Below, in pieces: positions 12,101-22,296 of a stretch of 62,857 bases of DNA; the stretch's first letter is position 1; each line of letters starts with the position of its first letter. The stretch covers positions 1-62,857 of IMG/VR virus record IMGVR_UViG_3300010293_000004, one strand, 5' to 3'. Position numbers and translations under genes: made by a program. The DNA is from a virus (lineage: Duplodnaviria; Caudoviricetes). The notes beneath the pieces were generated by a model. That model was not told the DNA's origin. It did not search any database and was given only the letters and a program-made list of their open reading frames with translations.

Positions 12101-15100
12101 TCTCCCATAAGGAGTTTAACCACTACTGTGTTGATAGATTTAACACTAATAGTTTGGTAGAACCCATCAACTAAACTAGCAATGCCCTTAAACGCAAAAA
12201 TCTCGTTAACCTTTAATGCATGAGGGAATTCAGTGACTACCTCAGCTGTGTCATCTGTCAGGTACTTAACCGAAATAGTTTGGTTTTCGGTTTCGGTGAT
12301 TCGATATACGTTCCATTCTCTGGTTTGATCTTTTGCAGTCCAGATTCTGAACCCGCTACCGATTTTGTTAATGTACGTTGACAAATTGCTGTAATCATTA
12401 ATATCGAAAATTGTAAGGTCAACATCCTCAAGACTAACATAGCCAGCAGTTTTAATATCGTTAGCGTAAACTGAACTACTGTCTCTGTTTTTAAAGACAT
12501 TGTAACAATCTACTATCGGTGGTGTTTTATAGCAATGTTTTGTGGTTATGCTAACTGCACGTTGATCTTCTGTTGCAACAAACGACATTGCGATAGGATC
12601 TTTAGTAAAATATTGATCGCTCAGTTTAATGTCAAGCTCTTTATTACTAGATAACGCACCGTACTCACCTACACGAATGCCCCACTCTTCAAAGTAGTCA
12701 ATTGATCCAGACAGGTTGTTAAACTCAGCTTTCGTTAACGCAGTAACAGCGTTACGAGTACCTTTTTCTTTAATAAAACCTTGATACAGTTTTACCTGAG
12801 ATGCCGTATCCAGACTTAAATCTTCTAAGTAATTTCTATTACGGAAACCGATTAATCCGTTACTAAATCTCTCTAAGTCGTCGCTAAGATGAGTAGCATC
12901 AATATCATACAACCATTCAGACTTTTTAGCGTTAGTAGCTAAGTTTGGTAGTAAACCTGACTTAATCTGATCGTCTGGGATCTGAGCCCAGTTGTGCTGT
13001 TCAAACACATCTGCTGCAACAATATTTGTTAAAGCAACATAGAAAGAGTTCTTGTGACGAATTAAGTCGCCGCGTAAGTAATCTTTACCAGCAGCCCATT
13101 CGTTAAACGAAGGTGAGCTGTAAATAAAGCCCGGTGCTTCAAACTTGCCTGACCAACCATCTGTTTTGCTTCCAACACATTTCAATCTATATTGTCTGTT
13201 ACCTAATTCAGGTTTGTAAATTACGTCATTAAACATTGTTTCGTTATTAAAAATAACCGAATGTTCGTATTGAACTAAATTTAACTCTAAGAAAGCAATA
13301 GATTGACCCGCTGTAGCAGTTACTACAAAGTCGTTGTTTTCTCTAACTACTAATAAGTTATTCCTCTTAATGATGCTAAAGTTCTGATCCATCACTTTAG
13401 ACCCAGCTGGGGTATTTGTTATCTCGTCTACTATTGCAGATCCGTTAGAGAACTTAATCGTACTAGCAAGAGGAGTTAGCACAATTAATGCACCGTCTTG
13501 CCAACCTTGCTGTGCCCAAGTTAAAAACTCACGGACTGATAATGCCCAGTCTTGCTGTAACTGAAGGTCTGTGTTAAAATCAGTAAAGGTAAATCCTACG
13601 CCAGTTAAGTATCGACCGTAACTTACTAAAAAGTCGCAAACTTGTTGTCTGCTTGTAAATTCAGTTCCGTATGGAATATTAACTTTAACACGCTCGAAAT
13701 CATTATACACTATTGCACGAGAACCCAGGACCCCGATAGTGTAGTTGTTCGAGTTCTGATCGCTAGGAACTATAGTAAAGTACGGAGCAGTTAAGTCGTA
13801 TCCTTTAACTACGAAACCAGCACCTACTTTTTCTACTATCACTGCGCTATATGTTACCCGGCCAATTGGCGGAGACTTGTGCAAGTATATAGAGTAGTCA
13901 TCGGATGGGATAATAATCGACTCGTTAACGCTAGATGGACTGCTCTGTTCAGCTAAGAACTTAGTATATGTTTTATCAGTGTAACCACCAACTTTGTAAC
14001 TTAACTTAACATCTAAGTTTGTTAAGAACTGACGAATTTTTGCAGCAGGATCTAAAATACCCAAGGAAACAATGTAATCCCTAATCCAGTTAATGTATCC
14101 GGCTGAAGCAACAACTTCGCCATCAACTACTTCTCCGTTTATCTGTACCCTAGTTGGAGAAATTCGATTGTTTGTATTCTTAATAAGATACTGTTCTTTT
14201 TCGGAATCGTAAAAGTAAGAATCAACATTCATTAATAGACCAAAATAACATCCTGGATGCATTAATGCAATAGCTGTTTGTAGTGCAAACGGATAATCAC
14301 TGCTCTTGCGCCAAGCAGCTTCAACTGGACCAACATCACCAATTACAAAAGACTTGTCGGTGTTACCGCCAGAGAATCCGCCAGTTAAAAACTCACTTGG
14401 GTTCTTAAGCAAACCGTTGTCAGTAACTGGAATAACTGTCAATAACCCAGGTCTAGCAAACCGAGGGTCAACACCTGCGCGATCGCCTTCTCTGATTGTA
14501 CCTGTTTCTAAGTCTTCCCACAACACTAAGTTACCGCCGGTGTATGGTGCCGGACCGTAATATTCTTCCCACCAGGTTGGCTTAACTGAGAAGCCTAACA
14601 TCTCCCATGGGGTTGTGTTTGGGGTTTCGGTGTCGTAAAAATATCGGAATATGCCCCTCCAATGTCCTGGTAATTTTTCTTGTGATAACTTATCGTTAAT
14701 GCTGCTATAATTCCACGTCCACGGATTGTTAGCAACATAGAAACTATTAGTAGTGTAATCAACCTTTGAATCGCCTGCCCAGCGTAAAAATTCTTTCGAT
14801 ACAATTTGATTAAACTCGGTCCTAGAATATGCAGAGTCTCTAAATTTACCAGGCACTCTAGACATTAATTCAGTCACTGACTTGTCGTGAATTTTAATAT
14901 TATTGTATATACGTTTCTCTAACTCTAGAAGCAAGTCATCCCTAAAATCATTGAATGCAGGAGTAATGCTCCCGTCGTGACCGCGAATTACATTAATAGG
15001 TGTTACATATGTGTCGTCTAAAAACTTCACAGGCACATACTTTGGATATAATCCTAATTTTGTTGGAGTTTCTGGGACATAGCAGCCCACTGTGCTACTA

Positions 15101-18100
15101 TATTCTACAATCTGTATTACGTCGTCATACTCTAACTCGTTGTTAAAAACTATCGACGGACGAGTTTGATTAAAATAAAAATGCTCATCTTTTACTAACT
15201 GCTCCCCATTGACGTAAACTAACACCGCAGTGTTGCCTAATGCAGTATCATTGAAGAGTTGACTCATTTCGTATTCAACAATTGCAGTACTTAAAACCGT
15301 ATACTCAATGACATTTTTAAGATCGCCGTGCGGTATCATATCACTGTGGAACCATGGGAACGAACTAGTTTTAACTGCATTTAAACTTTTTAATATCGTG
15401 TCAACCCCGTTTACAGGATCGAATATGTAAGAATCTTTAAGTGTTAATGAAAGTTCAAGGAACCGATTCTTAAATTTAGTGTATTCTTTTTGTGCATACG
15501 TAATAGATGACACAAAGTTTAGTTGTTTTTCTAATAAAAATAGTGAGCTATAAACAACCGGTGCACTATGTTGTAAAATGCTACCAGATTGATCTTTTAT
15601 TTGTAAATCCCTAAGGTTGCTGTTTCCTGGAACTGAGCCAATAATATTCGAACTGTTAGACGACAACGTCACTAAGTGATTTCTCATTTGTCCTAGCGTC
15701 AGACTGGTAAAGTCTGCGTTTAATGAGTTCATATCTAAGTTCACCGGGACTTCGTAGTGCCCAATTTCGCTTGGAGTTTTACTATAAACAATAACATCTA
15801 TTTTATCGTCAACAAATAATGTAGTGTTAATTTCTAAAACCGGAATCACCCCAACGTATACAAAGTCGTATAGTGTTTTGTCAATGATTTTGTTGTTTAT
15901 TAACACCTTAGACGAAACTGTGTTTACACTCTTAATGTCTGGACGTACATCCAATTCAAAAAAGTTTGAGTTACCTTGGTATATGTACGAAAACACCTGG
16001 GACTGTTTAGACAAATGCGTCACTTTGCTCCACATGTTAGCTTTTATTATCTCATGCGTGTTGACGTCAATTTTTGCTGCGAAGCCATCGATAATTTGTT
16101 TATTTCTTAAGATCGAACCGTTGATATAAGTGAATAAATCTGTATTAAATGTGTTTGCAAATTCAATATCACCAACGTTATTAAACGATCTATACCGTAA
16201 CGGGAATCCTAGAACTTTGTCGTCTGCACCAGTCCCTTTTGCATACTCAAATAAGGATGTGCCGGCAAATGTTGTGTTTGTATAAAAGTTATTGTCACCA
16301 AAGCTATTATTAAGACCATCAACAATATCAAACTTTGGTGCCTGATTTACTTCGTGTTTTTGTTGTGCTGCTACCCAAATAGTGCCGTTATACCAATAGC
16401 TCTTCCCTATCGAGTGGCCGACTGTTGGGGTCACTGACTCATTAGGTAAAATGGTAGGATTATCAACTAACTCTAAATGCAATGTTGGTAGTGTAATAGA
16501 ATTCTGGGTTATGTCAAGGATACGGATAGCGAAAACCCTATTACGCATTTCTGGGTTAACGTCATTTGCAAACACTACTGTTAGTCCGTCACTGAGTTGA
16601 ATTCCGAAGAACGTAAAATCGCCGTCAGGATTAGTTACACCTTCAATCTGATTTAGAGAATCAGTAATAGTAAAGTCTAAGATATCAACCTGATTATTGC
16701 TAAAACGACCGTTATTAAACAATTTTAAGTCTGGCTCAAACTCAATGATAGGGCGAGTTGCTCGTTGCAATTGATTATAGTTATAAAGAGAATTGTTATA
16801 TTTTGCTGACGCCGCAATCACGTCTTGGTGGAACCACCTGTTGCTTCTTGACCATGCATTTAAGTCAATTGAACTTCTATTAATGGTTACATAGTCAGGA
16901 ATTATCGGACCGTTAGACACTTCGTCCCATCTTGTAGTATCGAAGTTATATAAATCATACGGTTCAGTCTCGCTGCTATAGTTAGTTTCGGGGGTGATTA
17001 ATTTACTGTTATCAACTAATCGGATTGACGACCCAACTCCTTCAACATAAAATACTTTATTTGCGTATTTAACTGGGTCAACTTGGTCGTCAAATCGAAC
17101 CTTTAACCCGTTAGTGAATTTAACACCGTTCGGGCTGGTATAGCTCGGCTTTCCTAAAATGTCATCAACTTCTAATTTAGATGACGTACTGTCAACCACT
17201 TTTATACGGCCAATAAGTTTTGTATTCTCTGAATCAGAATAATAAAATGTATCCATCAGCGATGTTAATAATGGCACTTCCTCAATGATTAGGGTCTCTG
17301 ATTTAAAGAACTCTTTATTACCAAACTGGGAGCCACCAGTAACATATACTGTGTGTTTAACTGGAAGATCAGCAACATATACAAGTTTAATAACTGCATC
17401 AGATGATCCAACAACATCTGAGGTATCTAAAGTAATTCTCCATATACCAGTACGTTGACTACTTGGAATAGTTTGTCCTGCATCCATGCCTTCTACTGGA
17501 TCATAACCTAAACTAAACCGGCCAGGTCCCGCCCAGTTATTGTCGTTTGGATCATTACTAACAAAGATTAACTCTTTTCCTGATATGTTAGGAGTAACTC
17601 CGTCAAATCCTGGGTACTTAGATAAAAATGCAGACAACAAGGTGTTATGAATTTCGTTAAACGGAATACTTGTAGCATAATCAACATGCTGCAATAATGG
17701 CATGTTGGTATAATACTGTTGTGCATTAAATTCTGGTACAAAGAACTCAATCTCGCCGATTGTTGCTCCGTTGTTTTCTACCCCAAGTACTTCTCTGGTT
17801 TTAATGTTTGGAGCAATTGTTCTGTAGCCTGTTAATCCCGGCTCTGTTTGTACCCAAAACTTAGTAGCACTGTTAACTAAAAATTTATACTTGCCGCCAC
17901 GAACCACTGTAATGTCTGGATTCGGAGATTCCCCAAACCCGCTCACATTAAATGCATTCTGCTGTAAATTTATTGTAATGTCGAATGTTCGTTCTGCATC
18001 AACAGCACTAGAAAAAACATCTACTTCTTTTGGTCCTGTTGGTAGCCAGTAGTACTGGTTAAAGTTAACTAACTTATCTAAATCAATTTGCCCATCAAAC

Positions 18101-18444
18101 GAGTAGTACTCATTCTCAAACATTCTTGAATGGTCGGTAGTAATACCGCCGTAATGTTCAATTTTTTGCAATAAGTCTACATAATCGGCATGAAATAAAA
18201 CGTTGCCTTTTTCTGTAACAACCACGCTTGGTTCGAGCTGATAATCTTGACGCAGCTTATCTGCTTCAAGAACATAGTTGTCTGCTTTTTTAAAGGTTGG
18301 GGCAAAGCGGCGGCCAATATAGCCGTTAACCTTTTTAAAGCTTGGTTCAGAAATTAGCTGATCTACTGTTGCATTTAAAAACTTCTTGTTTGCTTCAGTC
18401 TGAAAAACGCTTGGTAAAAACTTGATTGATTTAACTGCTGCCAT
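6166..18444 (-). CDS. Giant baseplate wedge protein (gp7-like), 4092 aa
   Basis: Follows the gp6-like gene. Contains FG-GAP-like propeller repeats, G.GY...P.V Ig-like repeats and a YINEVKPYRTKIR motif. Confidence 0.65.
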   Translation of the reverse strand: MAAVKSIKFLPSVFQTEANKKFLNATVDQLISEPSFKKVNGYIGRRFAPTFKKADNYVLEADKLRQDYQLEPSVVVTEKGNVLFHADYVDLLQKIEHYGGITTDHSRMFENEYYSFDGQIDLDKLVNFNQYYWLPTGPKEVDVFSSAVDAERTFDITINLQQNAFNVSGFGESPNPDITVVRGGKYKFLVNSATKFWVQTEPGLTGYRTIAPNIKTREVLGVENNGATIGEIEFFVPEFNAQQYYTNMPLLQHVDYATSIPFNEIHNTLLSAFLSKYPGFDGVTPNISGKELIFVSNDPNDNNWAGPGRFSLGYDPVEGMDAGQTIPSSQRTGIWRITLDTSDVVGSSDAVIKLVYVADLPVKHTVYVTGGSQFGNKEFFKSETLIIEEVPLLTSLMDTFYYSDSENTKLIGRIKVVDSTSSKLEVDDILGKPSYTSPNGVKFTNGLKVRFDDQVDPVKYANKVFYVEGVGSSIRLVDNSKLITPETNYSSETEPYDLYNFDTTRWDEVSNGPIIPDYVTINRSSIDLNAWSRSNRWFHQDVIAASAKYNNSLYNYNQLQRATRPIIEFEPDLKLFNNGRFSNNQVDILDFTITDSLNQIEGVTNPDGDFTFFGIQLSDGLTVVFANDVNPEMRNRVFAIRILDITQNSITLPTLHLELVDNPTILPNESVTPTVGHSIGKSYWYNGTIWVAAQQKHEVNQAPKFDIVDGLNNSFGDNNFYTNTTFAGTSLFEYAKGTGADDKVLGFPLRYRSFNNVGDIEFANTFNTDLFTYINGSILRNKQIIDGFAAKIDVNTHEIIKANMWSKVTHLSKQSQVFSYIYQGNSNFFELDVRPDIKSVNTVSSKVLINNKIIDKTLYDFVYVGVIPVLEINTTLFVDDKIDVIVYSKTPSEIGHYEVPVNLDMNSLNADFTSLTLGQMRNHLVTLSSNSSNIIGSVPGNSNLRDLQIKDQSGSILQHSAPVVYSSLFLLEKQLNFVSSITYAQKEYTKFKNRFLELSLTLKDSYIFDPVNGVDTILKSLNAVKTSSFPWFHSDMIPHGDLKNVIEYTVLSTAIVEYEMSQLFNDTALGNTAVLVYVNGEQLVKDEHFYFNQTRPSIVFNNELEYDDVIQIVEYSSTVGCYVPETPTKLGLYPKYVPVKFLDDTYVTPINVIRGHDGSITPAFNDFRDDLLLELEKRIYNNIKIHDKSVTELMSRVPGKFRDSAYSRTEFNQIVSKEFLRWAGDSKVDYTTNSFYVANNPWTWNYSSINDKLSQEKLPGHWRGIFRYFYDTETPNTTPWEMLGFSVKPTWWEEYYGPAPYTGGNLVLWEDLETGTIREGDRAGVDPRFARPGLLTVIPVTDNGLLKNPSEFLTGGFSGGNTDKSFVIGDVGPVEAAWRKSSDYPFALQTAIALMHPGCYFGLLMNVDSYFYDSEKEQYLIKNTNNRISPTRVQINGEVVDGEVVASAGYINWIRDYIVSLGILDPAAKIRQFLTNLDVKLSYKVGGYTDKTYTKFLAEQSSPSSVNESIIIPSDDYSIYLHKSPPIGRVTYSAVIVEKVGAGFVVKGYDLTAPYFTIVPSDQNSNNYTIGVLGSRAIVYNDFERVKVNIPYGTEFTSRQQVCDFLVSYGRYLTGVGFTFTDFNTDLQLQQDWALSVREFLTWAQQGWQDGALIVLTPLASTIKFSNGSAIVDEITNTPAGSKVMDQNFSIIKRNNLLVVRENNDFVVTATAGQSIAFLELNLVQYEHSVIFNNETMFNDVIYKPELGNRQYRLKCVGSKTDGWSGKFEAPGFIYSSPSFNEWAAGKDYLRGDLIRHKNSFYVALTNIVAADVFEQHNWAQIPDDQIKSGLLPNLATNAKKSEWLYDIDATHLSDDLERFSNGLIGFRNRNYLEDLSLDTASQVKLYQGFIKEKGTRNAVTALTKAEFNNLSGSIDYFEEWGIRVGEYGALSSNKELDIKLSDQYFTKDPIAMSFVATEDQRAVSITTKHCYKTPPIVDCYNVFKNRDSSSVYANDIKTAGYVSLEDVDLTIFDINDYSNLSTYINKIGSGFRIWTAKDQTREWNVYRITETENQTISVKYLTDDTAEVVTEFPHALKVNEIFAFKGIASLVDGFYQTISVKSINTVVVKLLMGDIALAEFKEKETLSGRAILYKMISLRFKQMSDIVDYTPIHNWKTIDKVWVDEASPNKNWGVFNKNEPWVSTEQYAVDESTAVNLDQYGTTIKLSSDAKFVMVSRPKVNSGQGEVKTYFRTVTPENTTANEIQTLSPVLPTTKDFGECIDMSDRFAIVSAPGTSTVAGEVYIYNRVSSGTLVLSQRIEQPANEKFGDSVSISGDSKWLYIGASEVNKVYSYKLEEIVEEQFILDDSSIYFDTNPMFSGETVPFLIANQQSTTITSDISTYLPGVHYTFTGNLLKFNVDPGAVQLKVTIRSFFKFDSTLDGANYGVQSLDAMYGVSIKTNYDGSKLIVGAPGEDAVDIATNIPIEHAGAAYVYGRTTSGFSLIKVLEPRKVVYNAQFGTSVDMSPDGKKMFVGSPYYTENSYKSGVVRYFADIAAEFNTITTVEQDPVLTPGGSIFINGVDVGIYIPTPTLDDFVNVINYSDIPGVTATNDNGYLTLTSVGKNSVLAILPGSGNLFNELSFNLIVELQEIKYPMAEFRSNELFGSAVKYDAISETLLCESKYADLVSQSVFDNKTTVFDNRTTYFYDRTHKSGSVYVFELMHNANNIYGNSSKFGYVQLLYNPDIKSYDQFGYSIDIAGHYIVTSAPYDDEGDSVDIGRVYSFTNLSKVKGWEKVKSESPKVDYNYVNELFVYNSDSNTILNYLDYIDPVKGKILGIAEQDIDYKTTVDPAAYNRTTNPSFALFNDYHWSDFQVGKVWWNLDLVRYVDYEQGSLSYRLANWGRVFPGSTIEVLEWVESDVLPSKYVEHGSDGIPKYEDDSAYVEMFYVHPVTNSLQSKYYFWVKDKKNNTSKDKSHPVAVIADIINNPQGQGIPYAAILSSSAVGLFNYNNMLNSDKTVLHIEFSEHLNKTPTHSEFELLQEGNYNAILPTKLVNKLVDSLTGKDTADRNVPDVTLKKSERYGISVRPRQSMFSDRTRAAQNFVTFVNNVFSKHPIAAQFNIQGLYRSDLPPSERDEVWNLKVADRDELEYINKYNLPHSGLFVGFGADKFGNYTFDTETPQEYKILVERDYEFDNLWTIYKVTVVWNGTEFVPSLVLDQIQSYDTSKMWKFVDWVKEGFNVTLMPTYTVDLEKDMYKLHLKAGDLVRVNNNGQGQFMVYGISSNLSKELKVLQNGTIELSSSLFSGAPDPFGFSSDFFDSGRFDLDVSKEFRCIFETIRDHIFVRNLSVEFNKLFFSLMNYSLAENRDNDWLFKTSFISIIHKLRKLEEFPNYIKDNQEYYRDYINEVKPYRTKIREYLLNYEALDDAVLETSDFDLPPYYDEDLKTYRSPNFEHARDEEIIKRDEYKFWRENYTSTIGEIVIQNQGVGYTIEPTVTLVGGNGIGAKARALIDYYTGAITQILVEDPGYGYTSIPQVIINGNGVGGKAYAMLSNNKIRSISSTIKFDRITYSSEITDWDKNSSYDVGSIVSFNGGAYIAEHAVSPTTYFDYTKFRLINPSEFTNANDRVMAYYNPKIGMPGKDLAQLFYGIEFPGNNVLGLPFSDGVDTGYPQDTVNTNIDTIIRSNLEDSALGVRPEDVTLSGNHFVDKYHSHAPEELVPGIVFDTLEMRVFTLTNHDYTLGYRIFHSMSARVNTPKCTFTGDGLQQEFPLIYGNGFSYSIRLLKKKVQNTENGLWATTSLDLTVPDVGEHFDLVLTSDDVSFGNTEYTIGLRLEPGRIIFDNVLGDDEIVEFSVYQNTMPKTYITSYRFVGDGSRDTYVIFNELEVIKITSSNDITVLDNSEFLFFNGKVLFNSAPEDGALIEVFMVPDVSDNREYYRISEAHTVNLAEPLHITDSEIVVSNTSMLPEPSKENLNPGVVFINGEKITYYEIDRLRNVLKQIRRAVSGTGAPTVHPYYSIVSDGSIEQRIPENPDVNTWLNPSQIGYVVDGQGLDFSSQPQAMFIKASPSYVPWLPSDDVIWVNPDMLTDRFSEKMFDEVPFDSYDPG

Positions 18445-18459
18445 TGTATGTCCGTGTTA

Positions 18460-21400
18460 TTATGTATTTACCGCTACTAAATTCTGGTTTAATTGCGCCG
18501 CTGATATAGAACTAATCACCTCAACATTGTTAACTGTTGCTGCACTAATTAAAATCTCGTCGGGCATTGCATTGATTTGTTGTAAGTTGCCGTATAAAAT
18601 TTCTGTGCTTAATGGAACGATAATCACGCTTGAGATGTTAGGGCTTAACACTGAATGCAAGTAAGCACTTAGCTCACTGAAGTAAAACACTTCACCAAAA
18701 TCCCAATTACTTGTGTTAAAGTAGTTATTAATAGCCGATATAACAGATGACTTAATGTCGTTGTCGCTGATGTTAACTGATGGATTCTTTACTACTTTAA
18801 ACATAGCTTGCAACGAAGGGTCAGCCTTAGAACCAAAAAGAGGCTTAAACTTAACACTATTAAAAATTAGTGTGTCGCTGATTGCCTTAAAGTTTTCTAA
18901 CGAGCTAAAATTTAACCTCAACTCTTCGTTAGTCGGTGCTGCTGGTTCAACAACTTTCCCCGACATGTCTTGTATCCAATTTCTATAAGCTGACTCGTAA
19001 CTATTAATTAGTAAATACAAGTCGATGATGTTATTTGGACTTGGGTCAATTCTTCTATAACTAGGGCTGTGATGTTGATACAAGAAATACAAACCCATTC
19101 TACCTAGTCTATAGAAATATTCAGCTGTTTTTAATAACACTAACTCATTATTCTCAATTACTGCAATGTAAAATTCGTTATCGTTATTAAGGTAAAATAC
19201 CTCACCTTCGTTAACCATACCGATATTATGATTTAGTTGGCTATACGTTAAGTATTCCTGACTCACCACACCTTCTGCTAACGGGGTATCGACTATAAAA
19301 GAGTCGTATGATGCTTCTTTCTTAAAGAACACTTTTTTGTATGTTGGGGTTGTGCTATTGTCAGTGCCCGGATTAACGATCAACGAGAATAAATCCGGGT
19401 TATCTGGGATTCCGTCATTATTCAAGTCTCTGAAGGTTAACAAGATCTTATTTGTGTCTTCAAAACCATCTGATTCAACAATGTTTTTGTGTATATGCCA
19501 TGCATAATCTACACCGAGAGGTTCTGCAGTGTCGGGTTTGTTGTTAACTTTTAGAATATGTATCTGATCTCGAACAGTTGTTCCTGTCTTTGGATCAAAA
19601 ATCTTTACCTTATCGTCGAAATAAAACTTAACCGTTTTTTCGCTCTCAAGGACATAATCTAGTCCACGGTAACCAATGGTATAGTTTCGTCCGTCAAATG
19701 TAAAATACACTAACCAACTCGAATCTGCATTTAAACCGTTTGTGTTACCTTGCGTTGATAAATCAAAGTCGCTAGTAACCTTTAAGTTCTGACCTTCAAT
19801 GAACTGCCAACGTTGCGAACGAGAATCATATGTTAATCCAAAGTTCTTGAACGCTAACATTTCAGTAATAATTTGATTAATCATCTCATTGAGAAGATTG
19901 TTTTTAAACACTGGAATAATCTGATCTACCACAGCTCCGGTCGGAACATACTGATTAAGCATTATCGGTCCTGACCCATCCGAGAATGTTCCGGTGCCGC
20001 CAGCTGTACCGTCACCGATTGCTTGAGTTACTGCTGCATACAAGAGTGTTGCATCTCCTGCGTGTGTTGGTGTTCCAGTAACTAACTTATTTTGTGAGTT
20101 AAAATATTGTCCGTCTGGGGATCTAAATTTTATAATAGACCCTACACGAATGTATTTTGCATTTGATGTAGTAACATGTCCGATTTGAATTAATTGGCCT
20201 GCACTTATTGTTCTAAAGGAACCAGTACTTCCATTTGTAACCGAATTTGCTTGTGACCACATTGCGTCAGGCAATACGAAACGTTCAAACTTGTCGTAGT
20301 AAAAATGTGTCATTTCTTGCGAACGGATAATACCTAGTAACTGGTTATACACTACTCGGCTAATGTCTGTTGTATCATTGAACATAAAGTTAAACGTTTT
20401 TACAAAATGATTATAGTATAAAATTCCGTCTTCGGCGAAAATACTAGTACTAGAGTACTTCCCAGTAGGGTCGTTAACATCTAAGAATCTACTAATACCC
20501 GAGCTTGTTCGGTTAACTGCTTTTGCCTTTGTGATATCCGAGAAACTAGTAAATGGGAAGATGTTATAATCTTCCCCAGTGATCATTCTATTCTGCGTGT
20601 AGTATTGCTGAGGAGCATTTTGTCTAATGCTTTCGGCCGATTCACGACTAACCGCATTGCTAACGGTGTATGTCAGGCTTGCACGAATGGTCAGAGTTTC
20701 TTCTCGTCCTGTTCTGCTAATATATGCAACTGTAATTGCAACATTTTGCATTTCTTCTGGAGTGATTCTATGGGTGATGTTGTTGCCTACTCTGTAGTAG
20801 AACACAAAGTCTCCTTGAGGAATATTCGAGAAGCTTCCGTCACCAAACACTAGCTCAACTTGGTCATTAACCTTCGTGTTAACCTGATATATGTTTCTTT
20901 CGTTTGATTTGTTATACACCACGTTAATGCCTGCTAACGCTGGCACTGCTTTCCAAAAGTTATCAACATCGCCTGCAGAAGTCAAACTATATAACCAAGT
21001 ATCGGTGTTATTAATGTTTGGATAATTGATGCTGATCACTCTGTTTGGGAGAGATTCTGTTAAACTAAACGTAGTTGTTTTAAGATCGCCTTGTTTAAAA
21101 TGCAAAAAGAAACCAGTGTTGCTACTAGCATTTCCGTTATTATCGTTACGATAGAGGATGTTAAAAAATTGAGTAGGTTTAGGCGGAACCTCATACACAT
21201 ATGATTGATCAATACTAGTTGCACTCACTACCTCAAACGGAGTGATAGCACCTTCAATAGATGCTGAGAACGGAAATGTCGGTACTGTAGTTGGGCTTAT
21301 GTTTAGCGTGTATTCATCAGTTTGAACTCCGTTAATAACTTGTGAGTTGCCCGATTTTCCAATAATCTGACTATTAATTAATGCAGCATTTAATAATAAA

Positions 21401-21870
21401 TTAAACTGTTCTAACCAATTATCATTCGAAACATCATTCCACGAAACCGGAATGTTCGATAAGTTAAACCCGTTAGAATCGTAGATTGTTTCCGACGAAG
21501 TAACTGATTCAATTTTTAAGAAACCGCTGGCAGGTATTGCACGTTTTGGATTGTAACTGATCAATCGTGCTAGTTTAAGAATACTGTCTCGACGTTCAGC
21601 AGTATCTAAGAAGTTTTCACGAGTATTTAAGTCGCTGCGGAAAGCTAAACTTTGGCCTAAGAAGGAAATTAAGTCGATTAACGATATGAACTCGCTAGAC
21701 TCAATGAAGTCGTTAAAATCCTCTGGGTAGTACAACCGCAAGTAGTCAATCATTGACTTACGAATAGTCTCGAAGTCATAACTCTGGAAGTTGGCGTCCT
21801 TAAATGTTTGATATACTTTTTTCCAATCCTCTGCTACAAGGAGATTGTACTGACGGTTTACTGATGACAT
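18460..21870 (-). CDS. gp6: Baseplate wedge subunit gp6-like
   Basis: YDFETIRKSMIDYL, ENFLDTAERRDSILKLARLISY, FGDG and QNRMITGEDY motifs. Confidence 0.85.
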   Translation of the reverse strand: MSSVNRQYNLLVAEDWKKVYQTFKDANFQSYDFETIRKSMIDYLRLYYPEDFNDFIESSEFISLIDLISFLGQSLAFRSDLNTRENFLDTAERRDSILKLARLISYNPKRAIPASGFLKIESVTSSETIYDSNGFNLSNIPVSWNDVSNDNWLEQFNLLLNAALINSQIIGKSGNSQVINGVQTDEYTLNISPTTVPTFPFSASIEGAITPFEVVSATSIDQSYVYEVPPKPTQFFNILYRNDNNGNASSNTGFFLHFKQGDLKTTTFSLTESLPNRVISINYPNINNTDTWLYSLTSAGDVDNFWKAVPALAGINVVYNKSNERNIYQVNTKVNDQVELVFGDGSFSNIPQGDFVFYYRVGNNITHRITPEEMQNVAITVAYISRTGREETLTIRASLTYTVSNAVSRESAESIRQNAPQQYYTQNRMITGEDYNIFPFTSFSDITKAKAVNRTSSGISRFLDVNDPTGKYSSTSIFAEDGILYYNHFVKTFNFMFNDTTDISRVVYNQLLGIIRSQEMTHFYYDKFERFVLPDAMWSQANSVTNGSTGSFRTISAGQLIQIGHVTTSNAKYIRVGSIIKFRSPDGQYFNSQNKLVTGTPTHAGDATLLYAAVTQAIGDGTAGGTGTFSDGSGPIMLNQYVPTGAVVDQIIPVFKNNLLNEMINQIITEMLAFKNFGLTYDSRSQRWQFIEGQNLKVTSDFDLSTQGNTNGLNADSSWLVYFTFDGRNYTIGYRGLDYVLESEKTVKFYFDDKVKIFDPKTGTTVRDQIHILKVNNKPDTAEPLGVDYAWHIHKNIVESDGFEDTNKILLTFRDLNNDGIPDNPDLFSLIVNPGTDNSTTPTYKKVFFKKEASYDSFIVDTPLAEGVVSQEYLTYSQLNHNIGMVNEGEVFYLNNDNEFYIAVIENNELVLLKTAEYFYRLGRMGLYFLYQHHSPSYRRIDPSPNNIIDLYLLINSYESAYRNWIQDMSGKVVEPAAPTNEELRLNFSSLENFKAISDTLIFNSVKFKPLFGSKADPSLQAMFKVVKNPSVNISDNDIKSSVISAINNYFNTSNWDFGEVFYFSELSAYLHSVLSPNISSVIIVPLSTEILYGNLQQINAMPDEILISAATVNNVEVISSISAAQLNQNLVAVNT

Positions 21871-21920
21871 ATTATTCTACCTATTATATGATATTTATAG
21901 GTTTTAATAATATGGTGTTT

Positions 21921-22286
21921 TTATGCTGGGGTTCCTTGATCGAACTGCATAACCAGTGTTCCTAGTTCGTCTGTTTGTTTAAAACGTACTTCGATCTGTA
22001 TCATAAGGCCGCTTTCTACCTCAGACACGTATATGTTCTCCAAAAGTAACCTAGGGTCGTGTTTAACGATTCTCGTTAAATCGTCTGCGATCAGTTCTTT
22101 TACAGCTGGACTAAAAGGTTCATATAATAGATTCCAAATGATTGTCCCGAACTCTGGATTCATTAACTTTTCACCTTTTCTAATATTAAGGTAATTGTAC
22201 AAGTTTTGTTTAGCTAACTCAAAATCAGTTAACCTAAACTTTTTGTACCTATTAACAGTGCTAAAACCTTTATATAAATTTGCCAT
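21921..22286 (-). CDS. gp25: Baseplate wedge subunit gp25-like
   Basis: NIRKGEKLMNPEFGT...DPR motif. The likely start is ATG 22286, 7 nt after TAAATA. Confidence 0.85.
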   Translation of the reverse strand: MANLYKGFSTVNRYKKFRLTDFELAKQNLYNYLNIRKGEKLMNPEFGTIIWNLLYEPFSPAVKELIADDLTRIVKHDPRLLLENIYVSEVESGLMIQIEVRFKQTDELGTLVMQFDQGTPA

Positions 22287-22296
22287 AGTAATGTAT

